DNA of 64,000 nucleotides, from assembly GCF_048403405.1 (NCBI RefSeq), contig NZ_CP183136.1; one strand, given 5' to 3'. Under the pieces are notes generated by a model, which did not search any database, was not told the DNA's origin, and saw nothing but the letters and a program-made list of their open reading frames with translations. The stretch comes from Escherichia coli (GTDB taxonomy: Bacteria; Pseudomonadota; Gammaproteobacteria; Enterobacterales; Enterobacteriaceae). Below, piece by piece: positions 63,800 to 64,000 of the stretch. Made by a program: the position numbers and the translations under genes. The first letter of the stretch is position 1. The number at the start of each line of letters is the position of its first letter.

Positions 63800-64000
63800 G
63801 GCAACAATCACACAGATTACCCGTAAACAGCCTGAATGAGCGGGTTATTTTCAGGAAAAGTGAGTGTGGTCAGCGTGCAGGTATATGGGCTATGATGTGC
63901 CCGGCGCTTGAGGCTTTCTGCCTCATGACGTGAAGGTGGTTTGTTACCGTGTTGTGTGGCAGAAAGAAGATAGCCCCGTAGTAAGTTAATTTTCATTAAC
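63800..64000. other. 5' part of a hok/sok-type (flm) post-segregational killing locus, cut by the window end
   Basis: Sequence after psiA matches the upstream/leader part of hok/sok loci from recall (GTGCAGGTATATGGGCTATGATGTGCCCGGCGCTTGAGGCTTTCTGCCTCATGACGTGAAGG); the hok ORF lies beyond the window. Confidence 0.6.

Overview
This window reads as most of an IncFII-type F-like conjugative plasmid, with a microcin B17 cargo operon that is split by an IS903 insertion. All calls come from reading the sequence and the ORF track against recalled protein families; no database search was run. In order: a lytic transglycosylase gene and oriT (nic region near 1122/1123, TraM-binding repeats); the tra operon from traM to traX, then finO; a hydrolase and an SNase-like nuclease; the RepFIIA replicon (copB, copA, tap, repA1, oriR with a DnaA box); a RelE/ParE-type toxin-antitoxin pair; an unrecognised 221-aa gene; mcbA-G with IS903 (1057 bp, 9-bp target duplication) inside mcbB; a hexapeptide acyltransferase; parMRC; and a roughly 13.5-kb leading region (two orphan methyltransferases, a KlcA/ArdB-like gene, ssb, a ParB-like gene, psiB, psiA, start of hok/sok) punctuated by four large repeats that look like Frpo-type single-strand promoters. 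Eight tra genes (traJ, traY, traA, traH, traG, traS, traD, traI) are frame-disrupted as sequenced, while neighbouring genes are intact; this is either localised sequence error or a transfer-dead plasmid. I did not find a clearly novel system. The best candidates for follow-up are the 221-aa gene next to the mcb operon, the 313-aa gene bracketed by two repeat copies, and the uncharacterised leading-region genes.
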